Source: Saprolegnia diclina VS20
Lineage: Eukaryota
NCBI RefSeq assembly: GCF_000281045.1
Contig: NW_008246119.1
Coordinates: 35,326 to 72,252 of the forward strand
Length of the DNA: 36,927 nt
Direction: 5' to 3'
Part shown: in pieces, positions 1 through 12,700 of the stretch
Layout of the letters: the number at the start of each line of letters is the position of its first letter
Numbering within the stretch: the first letter of the stretch is position 1
Translations under genes and position numbers: made by a program
Notes under the pieces: model-generated
What the model was told of the DNA's origin: nothing
Seen by the model: only the letters and a program-made list of their open reading frames with translations
Database searches by the model: none

Positions 1-184
1 AGTTAATACTCAGATAATCGCCTTCGGCTGATCCCATAGAACAGTGCATATATAAACAGACAGAATTTAAGATTGTGTCAGTATACATCATACAGGGCGA
101 CATCACCCGGCAAAAAGTCAGAGCCATGTTAGGATACCGGGAACCGGTGGAGATGCTCTTAAGCCCATTATTGGCCAACCGAAC

Positions 185-2147
185 TTAGTCATTGTCTTCA
201 TTGAGAAGGCGCAGCTTCTGATCGAGTGCGGCTATGCGCTGAACGATGTGCCGAAGCTTGCCTTCGAGAACCGCTTCGGACTCGAGCAACCGATACTGAA
301 TAGTCTCATCGGCCGTCGCCAGATATTGATCGCGGCGCGCATCCAAGCGTGGCGTCCGGTCCCCTTTTTTGTCCGATCGACGCGTCGTCATTCGATGTGT
401 ATGCTCGACCAAGTGGATTTCTTCGAGAAGCTCTAAGTCGTGTCGAAATGTGTCCTACACATAGCATGCAACTATCACATCATTTCACGCCCCATCTACC
501 ATTTCACTGCTGGACAAGTGGTCCTTCCCGTCCGCGTCGTATATCGAGAGCAAGTCTCTGTACTCCATGGCGTGGCGTCCCGGACGGCTCCAGCCGAAAT
601 CCATGAGATCCGACCGCATGCGCTCCCTACGTCACCACTCTAGTCTCATTCTTGATCGGTAGCGTACAGTTGAGTCTGCGGGCGCTCCCGCTGCGTGCGC
701 TGCACGATCCAGCGCTCTTCGCTGGCTTGGCTTTGGGCCGCGCGAAAGAGGCGCTGAAAGTTGCTGCCAATGACGCTCGTCGGCAGCGACAGGACGAGGA
801 TGCCGGCGAGAAGCGACACGGAGGCAATCGCGCGTCCAGGCGGCGTCGCAGGTACGTCGTCGCCAAACCCGACAGTGGTCATCGTGGTCATGCACCACCA
901 GAGTGCGCTCCCCACACTACGATAGCATCAGAAGCTTATGTTTGCACATGTCGCCAACCTATAGAACGGGGACGGAAGACAGCACGGCGAGGGTGGCGCG
1001 GGCACTCGGAGCGGCGAGCACATGAAGCTGTGCATGGCGGGAATGCAACCCGCGTCGGTGACCGTCTCGGCGTAGAAAAGGGCACTTGAAAAGACGAGCT
1101 AAGAAACACTCTCTCGCGCCACGTCGTACGCGTGCATGTCCATAGCGAACGTACCATCGTAATCGACATGAGAAACAAGAGGATGTAGAGCGCTTGCGAG
1201 CTTTCTCGAATCGCCTGGTTCCATGCATTTCAAACCAAAAGCAGGGACAACGAGCGTACGTAAAGGAACATTTGAATCGAGCTCGTGTAGCGCGAGAGCT
1301 TGAAGATGCGCGCAACGCGAAAGAGCCGGAGCGCCCGAAGCGCCGAGAGTGACGCAATGTGCCGCTACCAAGGAAGGTCGTCCCACGCTTAGAAGTGCGA
1401 CCGACGCACCGACGCGAGAAAGATCTCGAGGTAAAAGGGCGCGACCGACGCGACATCAATCCAGTTGAACACGTCTACCGCAGCCACTCTGTTGCAGTAC
1501 ACGACGAGGTGCAGACACGAATCGTGGTACCGCGGGCAAATTCGCCGAGGTGTGGCACGCAAAAGAAGCGCACGACCACATCGAATGTAAAGAGAGTGAC
1601 ACAACAGGTCTAGTGCGCGTGCTGTAGGAGGGTAGGACGGAACCAGAGTACTACCTCGAGAAGGGACAAGGTCGATGCGTATGGCTCCAACGACGGCTCG
1701 GTTTGCAGCACAAAGACAGAGGTGGCCAGAATCACCGCGACGATGAGCACCGTTGAGACGACCCGCGCCTGGGCTCCATGAGCGTCAACGCGGCAGCGAG
1801 CTCCACAGTACCAGCGGTGAAGACGACGGGTCTTGCAAGACGAGCCAAAGGCGCACGCGCCACGGACGCTCGTTGTCTACATCGCATGCTTCTTTCTCAG
1901 AACGGGACTCAACAAACGTACGGTGCTTGGCGAGGAGACGCATGGACGGATATCGATCTTGGAGAGTGACTTGGTGGTATGTTGACGGCTTCTTGCGCGT
2001 AGGGCTCATAGCAGGCTGTATGCGAGCTGCATGAAGTGGGATGTACCGATCCATGATCTCCAGCTTGCGCTGTCCACGCTCGAGGACCCGCGATAGCGCC
2101 AAAGCCGTCGTCGGTAGTGTCCGCGCATGGCTCATTCTCGGCTCCAT
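185..2147 (-). CDS. Voltage-gated K+ channel-like 6TM protein, paralog 1 (multi-exon)
   Basis: Spliced ORF pieces give S4 (ALRALRLFRVARIFKLSRY), pore WWCMTTMTTVGFGDDVP, S6 GILVLSLPTSVIGSNF and C-terminal coiled coil RLLESEAVLEGKL. Short GT-AG introns; ATG 2147, stop 185. Confidence 0.9.
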
Positions 2148-2384
2148 TTCGCTCGTTCGACGAATGGTCGGGCGTTAAAAACCGTCGTAATTAACTCATC
2201 CACCTTCTCCAATATGAACCAAGCCATGGATTAGGGGTACTGTACATAAGCGTCACCGCTGAATTGTACTCTCGCGGTATCCCTTGCCCAACTCTCAAGT
2301 TGGAGAGTAGATCTTGGGAGGGTCGACATGATTTGCGTCCGACGACGTGCTTGTAAGTTAGATTGACCAGAAAGGATGACACAA

Positions 2385-4420
2385 CTAGGACATTTGAAGC
2401 AGCTCGACGCGCTTCTCGAGCCCCGCGAGGAGGTTGACAATCTTGTTGAGCTGCGCTTCAATGCGCACTTCGGACTCGAGAAGTCGCATCTCGATGAGTT
2501 CGTCGAGCATGTCCATGTGCTCGTCCTTCTCGTCCGTTGCCTGTTGCAGGCGTGAGAGCGTCGCAGCTTGCGTGAACCGTCGCGACTTGTCGTGTAGCGT
2601 CGGTGCAATGTGCATTTGATGCATTTCCATCGTCTTGTGCAGCTCTTCCAGGTCATGTTGAAAGCGTCGCTACACATTATTTTTCAGCTTTCCGAGAGGT
2701 ACCAGTATTTCCACGTACCAGCTCGTTGTCTTCCAAAGTGCCCGTGTGGTTGACGTCGTACAGCGCAATGAGTTCGTCCGGGTTGATATTAATGTGCTCG
2801 CCGACAATGTTGTAGCTGCGTAAGATCTCCTTGATCTCGTCCCTACATCCATATGGATACAAAATGATATGTCATACCACGTGCGCACCGCCGTAAGACC
2901 TCTTTGCCCGTGACCAGCGCCATGTTGGTCTTCATCGTCGACTGAAGTGCCTCCTTCATGACTTGCTGAAAATTGGAGCCAATGACGCTGATCGGTAAGG
3001 CGAGGATGAGCATGCCCGACATCATCGTGAACGATGCAATGAGCTTCCCGAGGGGCGTCACAGGCACGTCGTCGCCGTAGCCGACCGTGGTCATCGACAC
3101 AATGCACCACCAAAACGCCGCCGCAATGCTAAGTTACCATGCCATTGGAGGCCGATAGCTTCCATATTCTACCTGTAAAACGGGTTGGGGTCGCAGCACG
3201 GATCCGGGGGCAACGGCACTTGGTTGAGGGAACAAACCTTGGAGTACTGCGCCAATCGACACCCGCTCTCAGTGTACTCTGCAAAGTACATGGCGCTTGA
3301 AAAAACCATCTACATGGAGCGCTCATGTCTTGTGCGCGTGTCGTTTTGGCATAGGGTACCATGGCGATCGCCATCAAGAAGAGGAGCATAAAGAGGGGCT
3401 TGGCACTGAGCGTGATGGCCTAGAGGGAGCATGACAAGGCGTCCACAAACAGCGTCGATATCTCGTACGCGCATGAATGTTTGAATCGACGACGTATACC
3501 GCGAGAGTTTGAGGATGCGCGCAACGCGCAGCAAGCGCATGATGCGAATGACACCGACCGACGAGGCGCTTTTCTATGCAAATGCATATATGGACAACAG
3601 TGTCGCTCGTCCAGACAGACCATGTTGAGCATGAGCTCCAGATAAAAAGGCATGACGGACACGAGGTCAATCCAGTTGAAAATATCTACGTCATTCGATG
3701 TCCCAACAAAAAGTGGGCCAACACGCGTACCCAGAAAAAACGACACGTAATGGGGGGCACACGCCACGCGGACGACAAACTCGACCGAGAAGAGGTAAAT
3801 GCACACATGCTACGTATCTCGAATCCATCATGAGGAAATGTCGCTTGCACTACCTCGGCGGTCGTGAGCTGCTCGGCAAACGTGCTCAGCGACGGCTCGG
3901 TTTGAAGGACAAAAATGAGGCTGCCGGCAAAGACTGCGCACAGCAGCACAAATGAAATGTACCGACCCTACACGTCCTGTCATGTCAGACAAGGATGAAC
4001 GGTGCTAAATTGCGAGCCACCAAAAGCGAGGACATGGGGTCGTTGAACATGGTCCAAATCCTGCGTCGCACGCCCGCAATGCCTACAGACAGCAGCGCTG
4101 ACGCAAACTTGCAACAAGTAGCACATACGGGACTCGACGCGAATGTAGGGCAGACCGTGGCCAGACCCGCGGCGCGCGTCAGTGATCGTTTTTGAGATCG
4201 ACACCTTGCGGAGAAGGTTCCAGCCGCGAGACGAGGAGTCCTTGCGCAAGAGCGTGGATTGGGCGGGGCGCCGCCCTGCGGGTTGCCGCACGCGCTTGAT
4301 GACGCTCTGCTTTCGCGTCTCTCGCTCCAGCACGCGGGATAAGAGCAGCGCCGAGTCGGAGAGCGCCGTGATCCGCGTCGTTTCGATGGACGCAGGTCCA
4401 ACGCCTGACCACGTCGGCAT
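2385..4420 (-). CDS. Voltage-gated K+ channel-like 6TM protein, paralog 2 (multi-exon)
   Basis: S3 IFNWIDLVSVMPFYLEL, S4 MRLLRVARILKLSRY, pore SMTTVGYGDDVPVTPLGK, S6 LILALPISVIGSNF, EF-hand-like DVNHTGTLEDNE, C-terminal RLLESEVRIEAQL. Confidence 0.92.
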
Positions 4421-4600
4421 GCAGAAGCACTCTGACCTGAAGTAAAGTTAGAACCGGTCGTGAAACCCCGGCTTTTGTAACCATGCACCCACCATTTAAT
4501 GGATAGTATAAAGGTCATGCCCTAAGCTTACAACCAAGCAAAAGTTATACCCTTGATACGACATACACTCAAACCATATACTGTAGGTGCGATTTACATC

Positions 4601-6545
4601 TCATGCGTCAAGTCGCTCTAGTTTCTGCTCGAGTGCAGAAAGCAGCGCAAGGACGCGGTCGAGCTTGGCTTCGAGGCGCACTTCTGACTCGAGCAGCCGC
4701 GTCTCAACGACTTCTTCGATAGCGGATATCGTATCGTCGGTGGGGCCCTCCAGGTTGGCGAGCGACCCAGCTTGCGTGAGCCGCCGCGCCCGCGCCTCGC
4801 CGCTGCAAGTAATTTGCACAGCGTGGACGGCTAGAGTTCCATGAATTTCGCCGAGGTCTTCCTTGAGGCGCTTCTACAGCTCCGTGTTTGACGTCGAAAC
4901 CAAGATGTGTGCGCTTGTACCAGCCCTTCGACGTCGAGGACACCGCTCGCGCGGGTATCGTACAAGCCGACGATCTCATTCGGGTCCACTTCGACCGCGT
5001 CGTCGAGAACGTGAAAGCTCTGAAGCATGCGACGAATCTCGTCTCTACGCCGTTCATAAGTACTCGTGTATACAACGCATCCGGAATAGGACAACTTGTG
5101 CACAGCGTCCGAGCCAATCCCAACTTCGGTCTTCCCCCTCGTAGCAAGAAGCGCCGCCGACTCTTTCACGACGTGCTGGAAGTTGGAGCCAATGACACTG
5201 ATGGGCAGCGCGAGAATGATGAGGCCGGACATCATGGTGATGGACGCAATCAATTTGCCGACCGGCGTCACTGGCACATTGTCCCCGTACCCGACAGTGG
5301 TCATCGACACGATGCACCACCAAAACGACGCCGCAATGCTAATATTCCGTAAACTAAGAAAACAATAGCTTCCATTTTACCTGTAAAACGGGTTGGGGTC
5401 GCAGCACGGTGACGGGGGTGGTGGCACTTGGCTCGGCGAGCACATGGGGGAGTAGAGTGAGAGGCGGCAGCCACTCTCCGTGTACTCTGCAAAGTACATG
5501 GCGCTTGAAAAGACCACCTACGGTGTTGAAGAAGACACCTGGGCACGCCCTACGGACGCACCATCGTGACGGCGACGAGGAAGAGCAGCATAAAGAGCGG
5601 CTGGGCACTTCGCGACATGGCCTAGAGTCGACTACCGAAGCCGTAGAGAAGAAGACTAAGAACGTACTTTGCTAAACGTTTGGAGCGACGTCGTGTACCG
5701 AGACAGCTTGAGCACGCGGGCAACGCGGAGAAGCCGCATGACGCGAATCGCGCCAACCGACGACGTGTTTTTCTACCAAAATCCCATCAACGATGTTGTC
5801 ATATCGCAGGTGTACCGTGTTGAGAGACAGTTCGAGGTAGAACGGCACGATCGACATCAAGTCAACCCAGTTGAAGACATCTAGCCGATAAGTTGGCCTC
5901 CAATCGACTGCAACCATAGAGGCGCGTGTACCACAGGTAAAGTGCCAAAAGTTGGGAGCACAAGCAGACCGCAGCGCGAGCTCGGCCGTGAACAGAAAGA
6001 CACAGCAGCGCTGTAGATGATACTCGTTGCGGGAATTCGTTTAGGCAAACGCGTACCTCGAGAATCGAGAGCTGTGGTGCTAGCCACGTCAGAGAGGGTT
6101 CGGTCTGCAGGATGAAGATGAGGGTGCCAACAAAGACCGCGCTCAGCAAGAGTATCGATGTGTAATAGGCCTAAATCACAGATGTGGTGCTGCTGTCCAC
6201 ATAAAACACTCACAAGTCGCGACGACGATGGTTCGTAGAGCAGGAGCCAAATGCGTTGGCGATATGTGACTGCCGCTGCCACTAGAGTACAGGAGCAAAT
6301 TCCGTCAGACGTGGCAGTCCATGGTCAATCAAGTACTACGTACTGTTCAAGGTCTGCGACCCATTTGGGGGGGCGACGGGGGGATCCATGGGGGCGCGTT
6401 CAGGCTGCATCTTGGATACCACTGCTGCCGGTGTCAGTGCCATCGGTCGTGGGCATCGCAGTCGAATGCTTTGTTTCCGTGCTTCCCGCTCCAGCACTCG
6501 TGAGAGCGCCTTGGCGGACGCAGAGAGACCGCACACCAGCGCCAT
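4601..6545 (-). CDS. Voltage-gated K+ channel-like 6TM protein, paralog 3 (multi-exon)
   Basis: S3 VFNWVDLMSIVPFYLEL, S4 MRLLRVARVLKLSRY, pore SMTTVGYGDNVPVTPVGK, C-terminal RLLESEVRLEAKL. Start taken at ATG 6545 (MALVCG), just before the N-terminal motif shared with paralogs 1 and 2. Confidence 0.9.
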
Positions 6546-6746
6546 CGTTCTTGAGTTTGATCCAAAAATATATAACCGTCGGTGGGCGCATCCCAAAATG
6601 CCGCATCTGCTATCCTTGCTACTACAACGGCGACGCACTGTGTCCTGGACTTGGACACGTCTTGTTTCCATCTCCTGTACGTTCCAGATCACAACTGTAT
6701 TCCATCGACTAGACACCACGTGGATATATTCTGCATTAGTACGTGA

Positions 6747-9700
6747 TTACTTTGGCGCATAAAAGTTCAACGTCATGCGACGAGCCGTGCTCACGGGCGC
6801 GGGCTTCTTGTAGAAACTCACGTCCGTGATTGTCTTGAGGTGCGCCGCGTACTCTGGCGTACCATGGACCTTGATCGAGCACTCGGCGCACATGGTTTGC
6901 ACGCACTCGGCACAGTAGAAGACGGCCACGTCACTCTCGCAGCGCTTGCACATCATGGGCTTTTGCCACTTGGAGCCAAGGGCTTCGACTGCATTGTGGC
7001 TCAAAAAGAGCTTGACAAAGTGGTCGAATCCGCGCACCGCGGTCTCCATCGAGTCAAACTTGAGGTAAAGTAATGGCGTGCTGGGTGACTGCAGCGCACT
7101 CCACACCATCTCATCGAAGTCGGTCGACTGAGTCGTGGCGATGGCGACAGCAGTAAGGCGATGGGCAATGCTTCGCGCAACGGTGGCACACTCGACAAAC
7201 CTACGGCATGTGAGACCAATCACGCACTTCGCCAACGTACAGAGGGTGTTCGTAGAGCGCTGCGACAAAGTCCGTGGCCGAGAGCGAGAGAAGATCGCAG
7301 GACCGAAGTGTCACGACCGAGTACTGGCACACTGACGCGCCGAGGAAGCCTTCTTCGCCAAAATACTGACCGTCGGCAAATCTATGCAATGGGCGACATG
7401 AATGGCCATTGTCCTTATCGTTGGTGGTGGTGTACCGCGACGGGAGAAATCCTTGTTCAGTCGACGCTGAAATGAGCGTGCCTTTCGAGACAAAGTACAT
7501 GGTCTTGCCAATGTTGCCTTGAACGATCACCGACTCGCCGACGGGGTACCCCTCAAAGACGAGCCGCTGCGCAATGCTGTAGATGACGAGCTCAATGTTG
7601 CCAACGTCTTGGCAGAGCGGACGAAAGTACTTCATCGCAAAGCGCGAGAGGCTGAGGCGCGTGATCTGGATCACGGCCTGGCACCGAATACGCGTCGGGA
7701 GCTGCTCGAGAATGTTCTGGTACTGGACGCCTTTCTGCGACGACCACCAGTACGTTAAATACGAGTGGACGCGGGCTTCCATCGCGGCGTCCATGCGCTT
7801 GTGGCGGACAAACTCGATCACGTTCATTTGGTTGATCTTGAACTCGACTTCGTTCTGAATGAGGTAAATCGAAAGTGACGAAGCTTCGCCAATGATATAC
7901 GAGAGCACAAAGACGCCAAAGACCGAGACAACATCGAGAAACGCGTACTGCAAGAGCGTCGACGGCTCGTGCACGAGGCCGGCCCCCGTGTACATGGATG
8001 CCGAGAGGTACAAGCTTCGAAGGACCCGCAGGATCATGTGCTCGACGTTGGTATCGCCATGCGTCTATCCAAAACATCAACCTCAAATATCAAGACAACT
8101 AAATCCTACGTCAAATTCATGGCTCGGCAAAAAGGCTTCCCATGACTCTGCAAAGCCGTCGACAATCGTCAAGCCAAAGTACGCACACGCTGTCCAGTAG
8201 ACGCAAAGAAAGTAGTATAGCCCGAGGAGCGCGAGCCGGTTGATTTCGTACGTCATGCTGAACCGGTTGATTTCGCGCATCACGAGGTTGAACTGACGGC
8301 CTTTGATGAGCCGGTTGAAGCGGAGGAGGGCCGACCACCCAAAGAGTGCGCCAAGCAGGTAGTCGAACGGAATCACCGCGAGTATATCGAGGACGAGGCC
8401 GCCCTTTGGAAAAATATCGCCTTCGTAAAACTCGCGGGTTGACGTAGTCTCGACAATGTGCCGCTTGAACCAAATATCATAGACAAACACGAGGTCCGTG
8501 ACCACGTTGAGAAGCTACGCGAGCATCGATGAAATAAGACATTCTGGCATAAAACACGAGGGAAAATATAGTACCGTGACAAGCGCGAATGCCTCGGGGG
8601 AAATCCCGTGATAGCCAAATGTGAGAAGAAACGGAATGCACAAGGCGTTGTACAAGATTGAGGCGCAGAGAAGCTTCATAAACCGTCGGTAAATCGGCGT
8701 CTGGACCTGAATGTGCAGGAGCAACGTGATCTGCTCGCGCCACGTCAGCGGACGCCCCAATTCGACGCGGCCCCGAACCACGTCAAGGACAGTCTTGAAG
8801 GACGCCGACGGCCGCCGTAGCTTCTCGGACCGCTTGGATTCGAGCGTCGGGATAACCTTGTGACTAATTGCGTGCGATAAGCGGCGTGAATTTGCAGTCT
8901 CGCGGGTGCTGGCTTGGGTCTGCCCCCCGGTCTTATCGCGCACTTGCTTGTCCTGCTCCTTGTAGAGTAGCTTGACAATCTGCATGACCTTGGCCTTCCA
9001 CTCGGGGTACTGCGCAAAGACCGACTCCAAGTGCGTCCGCGAGAGTCGAAAGAGCGTACAAAATGTCTTGGCTTCGATGGACGCATTCCGCGGCTGGTTG
9101 GAGAAGAGCGACTTTTCGCCAAAGAAGCTGCCGCCGTGGATTTCAGTGATTTTGGTCCCTTTTGCAATCGCGGCAAACGTGTAAATACCCATAGCGTTCG
9201 TCTCAAACGCGTCCTGAATGTCTTTGGCGACGTAAATCTCGAGGCAGCCCGCAAAGACAAAGAACATTTCCATGCCAATTTCGTTTTGGCGGCACACGAC
9301 TTCGCCGCGCGTGACAAGAATTTGGCTCATTTGGCTCACGAGCACGCGCGTAATGCTCGAGCTCGCGTGCTCTTCTTGGAAAAACGGCACCTTGTTGAGC
9401 ATCGGCGTCAGCAAGAAGAGCCGGACGTCGGCGACGAGCGTCGGCGGAAGGCATTTCGCCAAGACGTGTTCTTCGTGGATCGAGTGAAAGAGGCGGTAAA
9501 AGTAAAAGTGCTGGACGCGCGCTTCGACTTCGTTGGAGAACTCAAAATATGCGATGAGCTTCCGAACATAGTTGAGGTTGCTGTAAAAGATGCGGTTGTT
9601 GCCGTCCATGACGGCCGCAATGTCGAGCAAATTCCCGACAATATACGAGAGCAAAAACACACCGAGCGTTTGGACGAAAATCTACACATCAAATCTCACA

Positions 9701-12700
9701 ATTCGCACGCATTTGCAAATGGAATACCGTAAACACATTCTCAAACGGCGTGATCGGGTGCTCGCCGGGCTGAAAGCCAAAGAGCATGCCAACGCCCCAG
9801 TGGTAGCAGTGCGCGTACGCAAGTGCCGTCGACATTGTCGTGTCATTCTTGGACAAGTCGTACTTGGCGCTGGGCAGCCAAATGTTGTCGCCAAAGCCGG
9901 AATCGCCCGTCGGTAGCGCCGAGTTACTTCCAAAGCTGTACCACGCGCACCCGACAAAATGCGACAGAAAATACGTGTAAAACACGATACGCAAAATGCG
10001 CATCGTGATCGCTTGGCGGTAAAAGTGGCGCTCAAGGTGTGTGAGCAAGCCCGGAATCCGCGTCACGCGAAGGAGCTTGTTGACGTGCCACAGCTCGAGG
10101 TAGGGCGCGCTGCCATAGTTGACCAAATACAGCGGAAGAAGCGCAAAGACATCGACCCAAAATGCACTCGAGAAGAGATACTGCGCGCGGATACTCGGGA
10201 GGTCCATGACCTACGCCATCATATGCGTCACAGTCCATGAAAAATTGTGTACCTTGTTGCCAAATTCCCAGTACCCGATACGAAACTGGAGCAACAAGTC
10301 GGCGAAAAAACCGACTTCAAGCGCGATGTCCATGCCTTCAAACCCGAGTGCCGCACGCATTTCGTAGCCAAACGCCAGGAAGAAGGGCACCGTGATGCAC
10401 TCAAAGACGATGGCTGTGAACATGGCGATTTCCCACGCGACCGCAAAGGTGCCTTCCGGATCGATCGCGACGGGCTGCACTTTGACCGGGCGCACGACGT
10501 CGGCCAAGTGCTTTCGGGCCAGGTTCCAGCCGCGGCTCGACTGGCCTTTCTGGACGCGCTCGAGAAACTTGACGCAAAACGGGAGGTAGACTTGCCGCAT
10601 CGCAGAGAGCGTCTCGCGTGAGACGGCGACGACAGCGCACGAAGACTGCGCAAACGCACAGTCGATGTGCGCGGCGTTGTCGTTATCAATCTCGAGTGCC
10701 GACAAACCAAACGGGTCGCCTGGCCCGAGGTAGCGCGTATTTGCCCCGGTCGACGACCGCACCGACGACGCCACCGTGACGCGGCCGTCGAGCACCATAT
10801 AGAGGCACTCGGCTTGGTCGTGCTTGCGGTAGATGAGCTCGCCTTGACCAAACAGCTGGATGTGTACACTGTCTAGAAAAATGGCCGAGACGCGCGGGAA
10901 CGCCTCCTTGATCTTGTCGAGGCGCGCGATAACGTCCAAGAACGGGCGGCAAATGAACGAGTAAATGTCGCGCTGCAGGTTGTTCGGCAACTCCCCGAGG
11001 AGCTCGTTGACGTCGGCACCACGATGGACACTCCACCAGAAATCCAAGTAGGCCGACGCGCGGCGGTGGATCCCATTCGGCACGTTCTGGGACTTGAGGA
11101 AATGCTCGATCCGCGACCGCTGCGAAAGAAACTCCATTTGCTCGAGCGCGGACGCCGTCACACGTTTTTGCACTTCGTCAATGAGCGCGGAGATGAGGAG
11201 CATGCCCATCAGCATCAAGATGAAGCCCAGGATCGACTCGCCGAGGGTTTCCGGCTCGAGTGGTAGCCCAAGGTTCGTGACGCAGACGGCGCCATAGTAG
11301 AGGACGCGCAAATATTGTCGCGCGAGGATCTCGGGCACGGCCGGGTCGTCGATCGCAATCTCCTCGAGCGTCGTGACATTGATGTACGCCGTGTGGTCAT
11401 TGTTCCAGGGCAGCTGCAGCTCGGGCGGATGGAGGAGCTCGCTCTCGTGACTTGGGTCGTGGGGCGCCAGCAAGATGTACGTCTGCGCAATACAAGCCGC
11501 AAGGTGGTACGAGATGAAGAGACCAAACCCTAAGATCGCAATGCGCCGCCGACTCGTAATGCGAATGAGCACGGCGACTTCGGTAAACTCGTGCTCAATG
11601 TGGCGGCACCGCAGCAGTCGCAGCATGCGCCACACGAGATGCTGGGACGGCATAAGCAGCCACCACGGCAGCGCGCCAAAGACGTCGAGGTAGAACGCTC
11701 GTTGCAAATAATGCCGCGCGCACTTGGTCGGGTCCATGATCTGCTCGGCCTCGACGATATACGAGAGGTTGAGCTGAGCGTAAATGTCGACAATGTACAC
11801 AATGTCCGCGATCGTGTTGAGAGCGAGGGCCGCGGTTGGATATCCGATCGAGCGAAACGTGTTGAGCAGCGTCACCGTCACAAGATTGTACCACATGGCC
11901 GCCTAGATTGAGTAGAAGATATTGTTCCTACATCATTGTCGAGAACGATTTAAGAACCTGGATGAGCAAGAGCCATACGAGCCGGTATTTGGAGCGGCGA
12001 GTGATCGGTGTCGACAGCAGAATGCGAGCCCAGCGTGGCGGCGCCTCGACCTTGATGCTGACAACTGGTGGCTCGGGTGGCGACACGGGCAAGCTCTTGG
12101 AACGATCTCGTACCGCATCGGGAACGACCGTCGCCTTGGACTGAAAGAAAGTCGTTCGGTAGCGCTTGATGCTGCTGACCGCTCGGGGCTCTTGGATAAT
12201 GGTGGCTTTGACCGCTTCGGTCGGCAATATAGCCTTCTCCGCGACTTCTTCGGCCTTCTCGAGGGTATGGCGTAGCGACGCTCGGCGCTTGCGGTCGATG
12301 ATCTGATTGTTTTCGCCGTCAAAGGCTTGGATGAGCTGCGTGACGCAGTCCAAAATGCTGTCTTCAAACTCGGGGTATGCGGTGAGCACTTGGTGCACAT
12401 GCAACCGCGCGAGCTTGTGCAAAATGCAAAAGGTCGTCGTTGTCACTACCCCGATCATGAGTTTTCGACAAAAAAGAGACACCGCACCGCTCGCGGACCG
12501 CGTCCGGTTAGTGAAGAGTGAGAGCTCGCCAAACGAATTGCCCTTGCGTAGCTCCTTGATCTAGAAAAGGATTAAGTGCAAGTTCATCTAGAGACGATCG
12601 TGCACCTTGATGTGGTTGAGCGTAATGATAAGGACACCCGATTGGACAAAGTACATGTTGTCGCCGACGTCGCCTTGGGTGACGACTGGAAAGTTCGCCG

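Noticed and set aside
955..990. Suspected frameshift in the paralog 1 turret
   Set aside because: Recounting the G run shows CCLPSPFY is in frame; the apparent breaks are introns.
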